DNA of 64,000 nt from Phoronis australis. Taxonomy: Eukaryota; Animalia; Phoronida. Under the pieces are notes generated by a model. That model searched no databases. It saw only the letters and a program-made list of their open reading frames with translations, and was not told the origin of the DNA. Shown piece after piece: positions 50,379 to 63,297 of the stretch (the first letter of the stretch is position 1; each line of letters begins with the position of its first letter). Position numbers and translations under genes: made by a program. Location of the stretch: assembly GCA_002633005.1 (NCBI GenBank), contig NMRA01000446.1, positions 1 to 64,000 of the forward strand, in the 5' to 3' direction.

Positions 50379-50859
50379 CCTCATATGCACAACTGGTAAA
50401 AAGACTGTGTTCCCTGGATTCTGTGTCTGGCCTGCTTGAGTTTGAATCAAGCATCCACATAATTCACTGAATAATCAGCCCGTGTGATGGCATTCAAATG
50501 CAGGTAGGACACATACTCCAGTAACAAGGTGACCATTTTTTTCAGTGCACATTGTTATTTTCTCAGTAACCATAACTCTGGGCACGGTGTAAGATATCTA
50601 TCAAAATTATACTTTTGTAATGTCCTGGGGTGAGAGAGAGGTAATCTCCATACTCGACGCTCAGCTCGAAAACTAACCAATTGCATGCCACAATTCTAGC
50701 AAATTCACTTGAATTGTGCACTGTGAACAGTTAGGCTTTGAGTCTGAGTTTGGAGATTACACCCTGGGCCCAGGTGATTGGCCATCAATGTCATTATTGA
50801 AATCAAATAGATGTTGGAATGCCGTGCAGTTACCGACGAATACAAATATAAAATAGTCC

Positions 50860-50906
50860 ATATCACACCCTTGACAAAGAGCGCATCGCTCGAAACGTGG
50901 GGATAT
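50860..50906 (+). ncRNA. Minimal Penelope-type hammerhead-like motif
   Basis: AUAUC..CCC-UUGACAA-A-GAGCG(CAU)CGCUC-GAAA-CG-UG-GGGAUAU. U3/A8 core, perfect stem II, palindromic ACGU stem III; the cleavage-site base is G (non-canonical). Confidence 0.55.
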
Positions 50907-52859
50907 TTTAATATATTTCAGTACCGACGCTAGTCGTTTTTTAGTTTTACTAGTTCTACTATAATGTAATTATTGACTACAGAATGCACCTATATCTGGG
51001 GCACCACCTTTAACATTTTCAAGCTACTTTTACTCTTAGGTTTTGCTAAAAGGAGCATAGGTGCCTTTATTTCAGATGTAGGTGCAGCTTCACACTTATG
51101 GTTGAAGAATAACAAAGCACGTAGCAAATATTTTGAGAACAGTCATTTTATTGAGGTTTTACTCATTCAACATAGTTTGTTGTTTGTTTGTTTTCTAAGT
51201 AATTTTGTACAGTGTTGTTGGAACACTATCTTCAAAAGTTCTTCTTTTATGTGTTTTTGAAATAACAAAATTTATTTGAGTGAAAGTACAATTTAGAATA
51301 CTTGCATGATTGTAAAGACTTGTGTGCATATTTGAAATTGTATGCTAATTTTCAAACAAAAATTTGTTTTTAAGACCATTTTTCATACAAACCCATGGGT
51401 ATCTTTTTCAATTTTGAGCACAACACGCTAGGCCGTATATATGCATGTCTTATTTTGAGTGTTTACTATCTGTCTTTTGATCATTGTCTGTACTTCCATT
51501 CAGTTCTTGTAATAAAGAATTCAGTACATGTCAACATCGATCATTTTGCAGGAACGGCCAACAAGGCTTTCTGTATTTTTAAACTCTAACAACGGTTTTT
51601 ATTTTTAATTTGCTTGGTTGTAGGTGGGTTGTTTTTGGATGCTGCTAAGGCAGGAAATGGCATGGACTTTTAATCAGAGTACAGGGAAGAGATCTAGTAG
51701 CACTCGAAATCAAGTACCATCGTTCTTGCTACAAAAGCTTCACAAGACTACTGTCAAAACAGAAATCTAACGATAGTGAAATTTTCACAGATGTATTTCA
51801 AGAGTTTTGCTTTGAAGTTTTTGGAGCAATAATCTTGCATGGGGAAATATTGCATTTGACTCTGTTAAGGTCACTCCTCGAGGAAACTTTATCCAAAAGA
51901 GGTTGTAATGTACGTGTCCGAACTAGAAATCTGAAATTGAAATTACAGAGAATTTACCCTATTTTACAATTCCTTAGTCCAAAACGGAATCAGAGTGAAT
52001 TGTTGTTAAACAAACATTTGTTCTTTTTGTTAATGCTGGCCTAAAATGCACTGAAATGTGCAAGTGCCAAAACTGTGAGAATGTCAAAGTTAGTGTTGAA
52101 ATTGAGTAAGATGATGAGTAACAGTGTGGTGGACTTGAATCCCAGCCGGAGGAACTTGGAAAGACGTCTCATCAAGAGACAGAAACCAGGCTATTAACTG
52201 GCCCAGTGAGCCTGGTGATTAGTGAAACATTTTTCTATTTTCATATTTATGTCTCTGGTAATAGCTTTTTATCTTGTTAATTTCTCGGTCTTTTGTACTT
52301 CATCTGATTCCATTTGTTGTTATCCTATACTTTTTGTCGTCATTTTTTGACAAATTGTATGCCTTGGACTTGTAGCAATGATGTTTTTTGTCTGACAGAT
52401 TAGTAAATATGTGATAAAATAAAGGTGAGGCATAGTCAGTTTGATAATTATAGTTTCACCAACAGTAGAAACAGCATAAAACACTATGAATGGTAGTTCC
52501 ACATTTCACGAACAAATGGCACCCATAAATTCATATTATCTTCCATAATTCTACGTTTTAATGAAAAAATATATCAAAGTTTGTGTTTGTTATGACTTAA
52601 TACAGCCTGTAGGAATATTATCTGCAGTATCATAATTTATGGACAATTGATATTCTTCTTTTCTAACTTTTTTAATTCCATGTAAAATTAGCTGAATCGG
52701 CACAATTTTAACATCAAATTTCACAAAAAAGTTTAAACGTGGGAACTTTTTTGATTCATAAATTACAATGATTTGTGACATCAAAAACACCTGAATTAAA
52801 TTTCCCCCCTAAAATGGTCACAGAATTGGTTTTCTAGGCCTCCTGTGGCCCATGGCCTA

Positions 52860-53256
52860 TGTAAGTGAAAGACTTTGGTTGTGTTGTGATTCTGGTTCTG
52901 TGGAGGATAAGCTACATTTTGTGTTTGATTGTTCTCTTTATAACTCACGGAGGTCTATTCTGTTTAATAATTTTTCACTTCAAATCTCGAACTTTGCAGA
53001 TTTCAGAAGATTATATACGTTAAAACTGCTGTTTCAGTATTTCCCTAGGCAATTTTTCAAATATATCAAGGCTTCTTTTGAACTTAGAAACCCACGCATT
53101 TATGGTAGGACTACCTCTGATTTTGTGGTGGTTAAAGTGACTAATAAGCCCAAGTGGGCTGGATACTTATCTTTCTTACGAATGTTATACCTATAACTGT
53201 TTGAATTAATTGTACTTGCCACTATAATAAATAAATACTACTAATACTAATACTAC
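52860..53256 (+). mobile_element. RTEX-like LINE 3' fragment, part 2, with 3'UTR and (TAC/TAA)n tail
   Basis: VSERLWLCCDSGSVEDKLHFVFDCSLY zinc-knuckle-like end; hairpin AGCCCAAGTGGGCT; AATAAA then TACTACTAATACTAATACTAC. Confidence 0.8.
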
Positions 53257-53309
53257 AAAAGTGAAACATTTTAAAAGCAATTCTCAAAAGTGTTTTCAGT
53301 GGAAAACAG

Positions 53310-53406
53310 TGCATAAAGCATACTACATGAAAGTTTCATATGAATACAATCAGCCATTGCATAAAGCTTACTACATGAAAGTTTCATATGAATACAATCA
53401 GTCATT
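53310..53406. repeat. 48-bp tandem duplication
   Basis: TGCATAAAGC(A/T)TACTACATGAAAGTTTCATATGAATACAATCAG x2. Confidence 0.9.
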
Positions 53407-54102
53407 CCTTAGATATAATGTTTCAAATTTAGACAAATTTGGACAGTTTTCTAGGATCCTATATTAAGATGACAAATCAAAGGACAGTCATTATGTAAAC
53501 GAAAAAGCCTAGTGGCCTTTGTCAAAAACATCTATGTTCAAAGCAGGGCTCATTAGATAAATGAAACTTTCTAGTACTAAGCTTATTTAGTGACACATTC
53601 ATCTGTGTCGTTAATGATTTTTCTACCATCGGCTTTCCTTTGCCATATTGTATAATCAGTAGTGCGCGATGTCACCTGTCATTAAATTAAATTTATACAT
53701 TAAGTTCGTTCACCTAGGTACTCGAGTTAATGTCCTTTGATGCCCATGTAGCTATGATTATCAGAGGCTACAATTGGAGACTGCAAAGAAGGGTTCTAGT
53801 TCCAATAGGCCTACTCGTGTGCCAATAACAGATCGTTTTCTTTGAAGTACATGCATGGTCAAATTCAAAAGCCGCATTTGTCTTTCTCACTAATTGTGCC
53901 GCTGATATTCCAAATGAATACATTTGTTCCTACCCATTGACTTCAGTTGTTATCTTGGTGAAATGTATCTTATTATAACCTGTGTTCCTTAATCAATTTC
54001 TCCAAGTACAATGATTTTGAGCGTTTCCGAGTTTTAGTGAAATCTTCCATCAAGTTGCAATGCCCGGTTTAGCCCTTGCAGATCACCACGTGGGGATCGT
54101 CC

Positions 54103-54705
54103 TCTCGTTGCTTCCCTGCGTGCCGCTAGGTGGGGCGGTAGCCGCGCCAGCACGCAGGTATCACTTAATTTTCCTCGGTAAATTTTTACACCGGCGTTTC
54201 TAATTGGCTAGTTGAATTCTCAACAGGCAGCGCTTTACGCAAACAAACTGGCATGACTGATGGACAGAACTGTAATTGTGGTCTGTTGCACTGACAAACC
54301 GGTGATTAAAATTTATGTTCATGAAATGTGACGCCAAGAAATTGTGATTACGTCTTTTGAGAATGCATCTTTCTACTGTCGATGACTTTTGTTTACGATA
54401 GTGGCCTGTATTCATACAGTATGAATAACAAACCGGTTAAATCGGCCAGATATGTGTTCAGTATAGATTTTGTAGTACATGTATGTGCTTCAAGCACGCG
54501 GCTATTAAACATCACTGCAGAAACGAATTAGTTGCTGTGTCGCCACTTGCATGACAAGGCTAAAAATCGCTCACAGTCCGCCATTTTTTCCCGTTGTTGT
54601 AAAGCTAACCAATGACTGCTGAGGTTATATCGACCAATGCTAAAGCGCGTGCCATTGCGTGATACCTGCGTGCTGGCTGGGCTAAGCACGCAGGGAACCA
54701 GCGAG
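54103..54705. mobile_element. About 600-bp Mutator-like element, same family as 23208-23290
   Basis: Long TIRs (CTCG..CCCTGCGTGC..GCCAGCACGCAGGTATCAC and inverse); 9-bp TSD GGATCGTCC at 54094-54102 and 54706-54714. Confidence 0.82.
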
Positions 54706-56887
54706 GGATCGTCCCTAGAATAATCACTTGTATAGCTTCTACTAGAGGAACATTATACCCAGCGTCATATGTACAAATCTTGATTGAAGAATGCCGATCA
54801 AACTTAGCCAATATTGCTCAATGCGAGGATTGCTAAGACTGCGAAAGAGTTCAAGCTTTTGGAATTAAATTTAAAGAAAAACGTGTCGTCGTGTGGTGAG
54901 TGTAGGGAAATTCTTAGTTATAAGTGTTTCAATTTGTGTGAAAACTTCCTAAACGTAAAAAGGTTCTGAATAAAACGTTTAATTTGGTAAGGGTGAATGA
55001 TTTGGGAAACATCGTAAATGTTAGCTTATAAAGGTTAATTTGCAAAGGAAACGCCATGGTGCTGTTCCGTTCTTACATGATAGAAACGTGTAAAAAACAT
55101 TCAACAGTTAGCTATTTTTAACTAAATGCTAAGTGTCGGATTCAATTAAGCAAGACGTAAACGTTTGTCTAAAAATATAAAATCTTACCGTGGTAGCTGC
55201 TGTCTAAATTCTACCCTCTTTTGAGTCTAACACAAGTATAGATAATGCGATGTCAATCGCGGCTGTGCGATGGAGAAATAACAGAGTGAGTCTATAGACA
55301 TTGGATGTTTGCCCGTATTGTTTCTTAAATTCACAAGGAAATCTAAATAAGACACGGTGTACATTTTATGGTGAGAGTAAATAAGTAGCATTTTACGAGT
55401 AGATAGCTGTTTACACTTTACTTCAGCATGGTGCTGTTATATTATACTGCGGATAACGTTACTAACCATGGATCCTTGGACATATAGATCAATAGCAGTC
55501 GGATATCGATATTTCGAGGAGTCTTTCATTAAACAGTGTTATACTTACATTACTTTCAACACTATTTGGTGACAATGAACGATAGTGGGATTATAACACA
55601 ATAACGAGAACTTCTTCAATTTCATTGCCACTTGCATAAGGCTTGTTACTAGAGCAACAACCGAGAGCGCGTCACCAACAGAGGTCGTGCTGCTCTCATG
55701 CATAGAAGATGCTAATTCGGAAATCTCGGTAAAATCAGAATACGAGTTTATACGTACGTTAATGTCGTTGATAATATTGAAACTTATACTGAACTAATAT
55801 AATAATAGTTACAGTAACAGAGTTGGTAACAAGAACAGGCCTAGATAACTACTGGAATTAGTAAGTCATAATAGTAATCCAAGCTTTGAAAGCAAGTCAA
55901 ATTTTTATTGAGCGTTGCTTAGGTAATGTGACCATAACCTTGGGTTATCAAGTTTCAAAAAATAAGAGCAAGCGAGAATCGATGAGTGCGGCGCCTTGCA
56001 CGCCCAGGAGATTTGTGAGATGCAAAGGCTTTTACCCATAAAGTGTTATGGGCAGCCGATCGCCTGTTTTGTCGTGAGTAGGCCTAGGTATATCGCTACA
56101 TATCGGAGCTGGTGGGCCGGGGGATTGAATCAGATTAGAGAGAATCTAGTGTGATTCTCGTTGGTTTGACTAAATTGAAAAGCAAAACAACGAGGCCCAG
56201 GTTACAATTAGAAGCACCGCCGAAGGATGTGCAGTGAGGTATCCTAACTGGAATACTAAGTTTAAATCTTAAGCACAAGCCGCCACGGTGATTTATTTTT
56301 ACTTTAATTGAATTATTGGACATCGGGGACGGTGTCGCCCAAAATGACGTTAGTGGTTAATTTTAGAACGAATGTCTATGAAAAGCAACTAGCGATGAAT
56401 TTCTGAAGCATGGTGTTAACCTTTTCATAGCTTCCGACAAAAATGCATTCAACTGGGAAAACACGCATGCATACATGGACATGTATGCCGTGGGTTAGAC
56501 TCGCTTGATGTACATGTATGACTGATTCCCATAGTGTGAAGAAAATTAAAATTAGCCAAGATTCATTGTACGTTCAGTCCCTGATTGATTTGAATTGCGG
56601 CTCACTCGAAATATGTAAGAATATCCCCCCAAAACACCAATCCTAAAAATTGACCAATAAAAATGAAAAGAAATGAAACTTAATTTCGCGACACGGGAAT
56701 CGACATTTTTATTGTTCGTGAATTGTCGTTTTTCACACCCTTAGCCCGGGACCAGTGATTTGAAACAACCCATGAAGAGTTATTTTATATTTTAAGCTGT
56801 CGTGAATTTTCAAACTAGAGGTAATTCATGTCATAAGTGTGAACACGCACTGGGATTGGAAAGACGGGGAGGTTGGATGAATTTCCT

Positions 56888-57550
56888 TAGGGTAGGCCTA
56901 CTCCCATACAGGGTGTGCCGTAGGGTAGGCCTACTTCCATACAGGATGTTCCGTAGGGTAGGTCTACTCCCATGCGGGATGTGCCGTAGGGTAGGCCTAC
57001 TTCCATACGGGATGTGCCTTAGGGTAGGCCTACTCCTATACAGGATATGTGCCGTAGGGTAGGCTTACTTCCATACAGGAGTGCCGTAGGGTAGGTCTAC
57101 TCCCATACAGAATGTGCCGTAAGTAGGCGTACTCCAATACAGGAGTGTCGTAGGGTAGGCCTACTTCCATACGGGATGTGCCGTAGGGTAGGCCTACTCC
57201 TATACAGGATATGTGCCGTAGGGTAGGCTTACTTCCATACAGGATGTGCCGTAGGGTAGGCCTACTTCCATACAGGAGTGCCGTAGGGTAGGTCTACTCC
57301 CATACAGGATGTGCCGTAGGGTAGGCCTACTTCCATACAGGAGTGCCGTAGGGTAGTTCTACTCCCATACAGGATGTGCCGTAGGGTAGGCCTACACCCA
57401 TACAGGATGTGCCGTAGGGTAGGCTTACTCCCATACAGGATGTGCCGTAGGGTGGGGCTACTTCCATACAGGATGAGCCGTAGGGTAGGTCTACTCCCAT
57501 ACAGGATGTGCCGTAGGCCGGGGTAGGTCTACTCGCATACAGGATGTGCC
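56888..57550. repeat. About 33-bp minisatellite x about 20
   Basis: CGTAGGGTAGGCCTACT(T/C)CCATACAGGATGTGC contiguous units; internal palindrome GTAGGCCTAC. Confidence 0.97.
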
Positions 57551-58484
57551 ACTCAGGAGGGTGACTTTTTCGTAACTAGTTTCCCTGCGAAAGCTGGTCT
57601 TTTCTGAAAAATGTCTAACAAATGAGGCATGCTCGTAGCCAAAGGGTTTGGACGGGTACAAATGCACACAACACCCCGCTTCCTCCACCACAGGAGATGA
57701 GGTCCGCTCAAGGAACGGCCTAATGCCAGTTCAGATAAGGCTCAAACTGACAAACTGAGCCAGAACAATATCTCTTCTTAGCCACTAAAACTAAGAGCAC
57801 CATTCAGCTTTTGCTCATAATTTCCAATAAATTGGGAAAATAAACATACTTCATACGCATGTATGTGACGTATATTACTAAACAACACTCCTGTATTACA
57901 TACCAATTTTAGCTTTTTTAGAGTTCGACTATTTGATGACGTGTATGCTAAGAAATTCAGTGGGTAATAATCACGTACAGTGGTCCTGAAATTTGGAAAC
58001 CAGTTTATAACTCGTTAATCATTGGAGAAACTGCTTCTCAAAATGCGGAATCCCTGTAAGTGACTATTATTTTTACAATCTAATGCTAGTAACCATGGCA
58101 GTTCTATTACTCTTTCCATTTCACATTAGTAAAAGCCAAGAAAAGAATTTGACCGCTTTTCAATCTCAATGAAGTAACTAAGCACAACAATACAATCTGG
58201 CTCTCTGATTGGTCAAGTGGCAAAAATGTGCATAACATTTTGTGCAACAAAAACACCTTTTTAAAAAAATGTGCAAGTGTAGACGTGGGAACTTTTTGGA
58301 ATTTGATTTATAGGTATATTATCTAGACACATAGAAAAAACTAGGTTGCCTCCCCAAAGTACTCACAAGGATGAACGCTATGAGATCTGGCCCACCGACT
58401 ATGCGGCAACGACCCAAATCAGAATATTCTGATTTGGGCCAGAACAGTAACACGAAACGTCGAAGTGCGCACTGCAGATCTTAA

Positions 58485-59709
58485 ATGTAGCCAGCCAGCT
58501 AGCTGTTTGAAGACCGTCGCCAAAATACAGCTACGTAACACTGTGAATAGAGCTACGATAGACCACGAAATTTCATACAGCCCGGAAATGAGTACTGTTA
58601 GTCACCTCGTCGTGAAATTTATATCGCAGAGCTAAGGACGGACGGGGTGCATGCAAACTCTGGGAGACAGGCCATCACTCACATTGCCCGTTGCCAGCAA
58701 TTAAAGTCAGTGAAAAACAATCTAATGAACGTCATTTAATAGCATAATTCTCCGCCTTTTGAGTTTTGTAACAAAGAAAGTCTGTTGTCGTTTTGAAAAC
58801 AGTACGCTCGTGACACGCGCACGCGCCGTACTAAAATTTTGCGACATCTCTTGGGACATGGTGACAGCTTTGCAGCAGCAAAGTTTGTTCTAAAATTCGG
58901 TTTGTTGGTCTTAAGAATACTAAAAACTTGTAACAAAATGAAACCAGTTCCGACAATTTTTTGTGACATGTACGCAACCTCGTGACAGCGAAGAACAGTT
59001 GATAGAAGAGTAAACGGGGGAAAAGAAACTGTTCAGGTCGGGTGACGTAATTGCCAAAAGCCGACTCACAAAAGCGCACTTCAATTTTAGCAGTAGATGA
59101 GGGGTAGAACGTCAATATTTCCAACACCGGTAAATAATTTGGTATACTTAAAGAAGAGCGGTGTAGCTTTTAATGACACTACTTTTGTTTCAGATATTCT
59201 TTAGTCATTTTTACCCACATCGACGCAAAGCTGTAGGTTTTGTAAACAGCTTTGCACCTAGTCTAGAAGAGATCTTGTTGATCGGGAATTTTGTCGCCAG
59301 TCCTTGTGGTAGATACGAATCTATTCCACGCACGGCACATGACGGGATCGATGGGGAAGGCATGCAAATGTATGCCATTTCCGCTGACATTGCTACACCC
59401 GTACACCACGCAACGTGGTATTTTAGCCCAGAGATGGACAAGTACAGAACATCCAAGAAATGGCACTCAGCTGTTACGCAGTGTGGCTTCCGGATAATTT
59501 CGTGGCCACGATGATGTCATGTGGACCTCTTTACACCGATTGGTTGAGATTTTTTCTGGGGCCCTCAAAGGGGCTACGGATTATGAGCGGCGTAATTTGG
59601 GTCGCAAATAATTACTTTCTGTGGTATGTAAGAAGCAAAAACAATATTTTTATGAACAATACTTGCATTTCTGGTGTCAAAAAGGTGTTTTAGTCGCTGG
59701 AGGCTATCT
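58485..59709 (-). mobile_element. Kolobok-like element with a THAP relic
   Basis: PRCVVYGCSN...LHAFPID....WNRFV.TTR (59420-59300); TTAA at 58481-58484 and 59710-59713 with weak TIRs. 58870-59145 is an inverted homolog of 13440-13710. Confidence 0.6.
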
Positions 59710-60641
59710 TTAATCAAATTTTGGAATTTTCAAAACAATTGTTGAATTTCGGGTAGTTCACCAACAAAATGGCTCCCTTGTTGAAACGCAACCAACTTGA
59801 CCTTTATGAATTGCCAGTAAAGACGCAAGTACATCCAAGCATGTAATTTATTAAACATTCCTATTTGGGTGATAAAAGTGCATCTTTCGAATCCCGAAAC
59901 GCTTCGATGTGTTCTAAACTGGGAATATAAAGGAAATGGTACCTTTAAAGGATCATGTCTTTTTATTCAATACCTTAAATAGAAATTAGGTAGTTGGGTA
60001 CTCAATACGCAAACGATGCCTAAAACCTTTCAACACCAAGGTAAAAGTTATTTCCATACATAAACACATCATTCATGATGTCACCAAGTAAAAGAAATGC
60101 CAAAAAGTCACGAGATGGCCAACCAATCCAATTTTGGACCATTTCAAGCCATTGGCAGGTGACTTTCATTTGTTGGTAATTACAGCACCCTGAGGGTGAC
60201 GTCGAGATTAGTCATGTGACTGAATTTCGTGGTTCCGATGTTTATGTCGTAAATTATAAAGTGAATGAAAAGCACCTTCAACATTTCAAGTGACGTCATC
60301 TTTCTCAAACATTATTTTGTCACTCTCGTACTTCGACAAATTTGTTGTTAAAACCGTGTTCTTTCCATAAATAAATCAGAAGAGGTTCACTAGAATATGA
60401 AGAATGTTCTACTGAACCTGTAGGTTAAAAGTGCGAATTGTTTCCGTGCGTTAAATTTCTTGGAGACTGGGAACTAAGACAAAAGATGCATTGAGTAGCT
60501 GAAGTCGTTGGACACGAGTTGGAGAATTAAAAGGCTAATATCGAAGCTAAACGGGTTTTGTATGTTAGCAATCTAAACGAATCACGACATTTGATCCGGA
60601 CACAAAAATTCCCCAAAACTGTGGCTCCTTGCATTCATTAA

Positions 60642-60893
60642 CATGCGCGCACCCAGCTTAAAATATAGGGGGGCTCGAATTCTTCGACATGCGGTCCTCT
60701 TAGTGATAAATAAACGAGGACTAAAAAAGCGGCCACTAGGTTCAGGCCTGCCAATTCCGCGCCGAATTCCTGTGGTCTTTGTGGACTTTTGTCTCCTTTA
60801 CTCGGACTTTTTGTTACACCGAGCCTTTTTGCCCAATTCGCCAAATTGGGGGGCTCGTTCGAGCCCCCCGAGTCCCCCCCGGGTGTGCCCATG
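60642..60893 (+). mobile_element. Family-B MITE (CAT..ATG termini, 5-bp TSD)
   Basis: TIR CATGCGCGCACCC/GGGTGTGCCCATG; perfect TSD ATTAA. Confidence 0.85.
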
Positions 60894-61758
60894 ATTAATA
60901 ATAGTCACAAACAATTGCTGGGAGAGCAAAGCTGGAGGTCTGGTCATAAATTCGCACTTACTCGTTGCAATAGCTGGCTACAGGCCATCGAGTTCATCCT
61001 TGAAATAGTCTGGTATACTAATTTTTCAGCCCCTCGTCAAACATTTGGTCATACTCTCGTACAGCACTAGAAAAGACCAAAACTTGGAGATGACGGAAAA
61101 TAGTGGTTAGGACGAAAAAAGAAATCGACAATTTTACCTGCGTGAACACTGACGCTACTCCCCCTTCTAAAACTTTTCGACTATCTGTTACCAGAGGTTC
61201 GCCAACCTTCATGGGTGAACAAATGCTCCCTGAGTTTTGTGAAACTCGCCAGTATTACGTTGATCCAGCCAGAATGGAAGGTGAGTGTGGCCTCCAGCGT
61301 CTTAGTCCTACGCCCTGCACGTGAGAGATAAACGGATTCGATCTAAGTTTAGACAACTAAACAGTTCAGTCGTATTTGAAGTCCATGCACTTAGTGTAGC
61401 GCGCACAGCTTGAGACCTCACATTTTTGCAGACTTGGCAATCAAAAGTCGGCTCAGCGCACAATAATTGCTTGGACATTTACTTTAATTAATGGGAAGAT
61501 GGCTAAATTAGTTACTCACTTGAGGTTAACAAATTGAAGGAGCGTTTTGATACGAGGGCGTCTAGAAATGATTGCTTGCAGACTCTCATCGAAATCAGAG
61601 TTGCAAGTGAAGAAAATTGATTTGCACAGACGAAGTAGCGGAAGGAATCGATTCAGAACAAAAGACAACTAATCCGAGAGTTAAACCTCAAAAAGAAGTG
61701 ACTTTTACGTGGGAAATACTCAATTATATGTGGCGTTTCTTGATTTTTCGATGGAAAT

Positions 61759-61890
61759 CAGGGACGGATCTAGGATTTTGAGTTAGGGGGGCCAGGGCAG
61801 AGTATTAGCCAGGATTTTGCCCGTCTGACATTAGCCCCCGCCCGAGAATTTTAGGAGGGGCCATGGCCCCGTTGCTCCCCCCCTCCCTAT
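61759..61890 (+). mobile_element. Family-A MITE, right end lost
   Basis: CAGGGACGGATCTAGGATTTTGAGTTAGGGGGGCCAGGGCAGAGTATTAGCCAGGATTTTGCCCG matches 45098. Confidence 0.8.
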
Positions 61891-62183
61891 AAATATAGGT
61901 TGTACGTTATAAACTTCCGACTATCGCTATGCAAATCACTTTTTTCATCGTCGTTACGCATCAGTCTAAATGCAACTATTAGTAAACGCATTTGACAAGA
62001 AATTTAAGGCATTGTACAAGTATTAAGATGACATTAACAATACATTGGGTTGACAACCCATGTCGCGGAACTTGTTCGATACCGCCTCAGTTTCAAGGTT
62101 CGACATTTTGAATTAAAAGTTTCTGACGAAAGTTCATTCACGAGCCAAAAAAGACTGTAGTCAATTGTAAAGGTTGAGGAATC

Positions 62184-62625
62184 CAGTGCCCGGTTGCATG
62201 AAACAGTCATAAATAGGGACTCAACTAAGTTCCCTAAATCTACTGTGTATTTTTGGACTTGTGAAAATATCGATTGTCCTTTCTTTTATTATTTTAGTTT
62301 CATTACTAAGCCAACTTTTGATTTTTGATGCAAATCGAGAGTGGTCTTTGGGTTGAATTGTTAATATTTTCGAAAGTAATTAACGATCTTTTCATGCAAC
62401 ACCCCCAATTTAAGGACTGAGTCCCTATATATTTTCAATGAAGTCTGTGCTCAGTTTTTAGTTATACTATTAGAAAATGTCATTTAATCAGAGAAAAGCT
62501 CATAATCAAGATGAAATGATAGAAAAATATTGCATCTGTTAGTCCATATAGACACAAATACATAAAAAGACTTAGGGACCTTAGTTGAGTCCCTATTTGG
62601 GACTGTTTCATGCAACCAGCCACTG
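62184..62625. mobile_element. MITE with about 55-bp TIRs (PIF/Harbinger-like)
   Basis: GGTTGCATGAAACAGTC..AAATAGGGACTCAACTAAG and its inverse at 62581-62617. Confidence 0.8.
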
Positions 62626-63246
62626 AAGCCTAATAGAGTCTTGTGACACTGGGCACTACAAAACCATACGAGTAGCATGTATTACTTATCTTATGTGTGT
62701 AAACTTCACAACTTGAAAGCATTTGCTCATCAATTAAATCCAAAATGTGTCTAATCGATAGCCGAAACGTAGACAACACTGCGAAGAAACCGACTTTGTG
62801 TCGCAAACCACATTCAGTTTGAAGAGTGATATTGTTTCTATAGCAAATTTGAAAAAAAACGTCTTGTCGTTCGAATGTTGTTCAGAGCAAACGACCCCTC
62901 CAGCGAACCAATCCTTTGGCGGTGAAATAATAAATTGATAGAGAAAACGATATGAAAACAAACGATATCGGGTTTAGAATTTTGAATACACCACATCGGT
63001 CTTAACAAATCACTAGACTACACCGAGCGCATCCCGAAAGCTTTCAGTAGATCACCATCACGTAATTTAAAGGCACAGTGGTGCATCATGTTTTGTAAGC
63101 GTAAAATTCCATGATGCTGGGTTTCACCCAACATTTCTTAATTATCACAAATCATCATCGGGACCCGGGGTCTTGTCTCGAAATTGAATTAGTCGAACTT
63201 CAAATTATTTTTGACATTTTCCGTTCTACAATTGCAGTACGAACTA

Positions 63247-63297
63247 CACACACACACACGCACACGCACACGCACTCGCACACGCACACGCACACAT
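63247..63297. repeat. (CA)n/(CACACG)n microsatellite
   Basis: Direct reading. Confidence 0.9.

Larger units (their letters stand above)
49434..52859 (+). mobile_element. Academ-like non-autonomous DNA transposon inserted in the LINE
   Basis: TIR TAGGCCATGGGCC/GGCCCATGGCCTA plus subterminal GTGACCATTT(C/T)AGGG; 3-bp TSD TGT. Relics DLVALEIKYHRSCY (51691-51732) and VNAGLKCTEMCKCQNCEN (about 52030-52082). Confidence 0.82.

Noticed and set aside
56802-57691. CRISPR-like palindromic repeats and ORFs
   Set aside because: No unique spacers; simple minisatellite.
62742-62778. GCCGAAACGTAGAC hammerhead half
   Set aside because: The CUGANGA box is absent.
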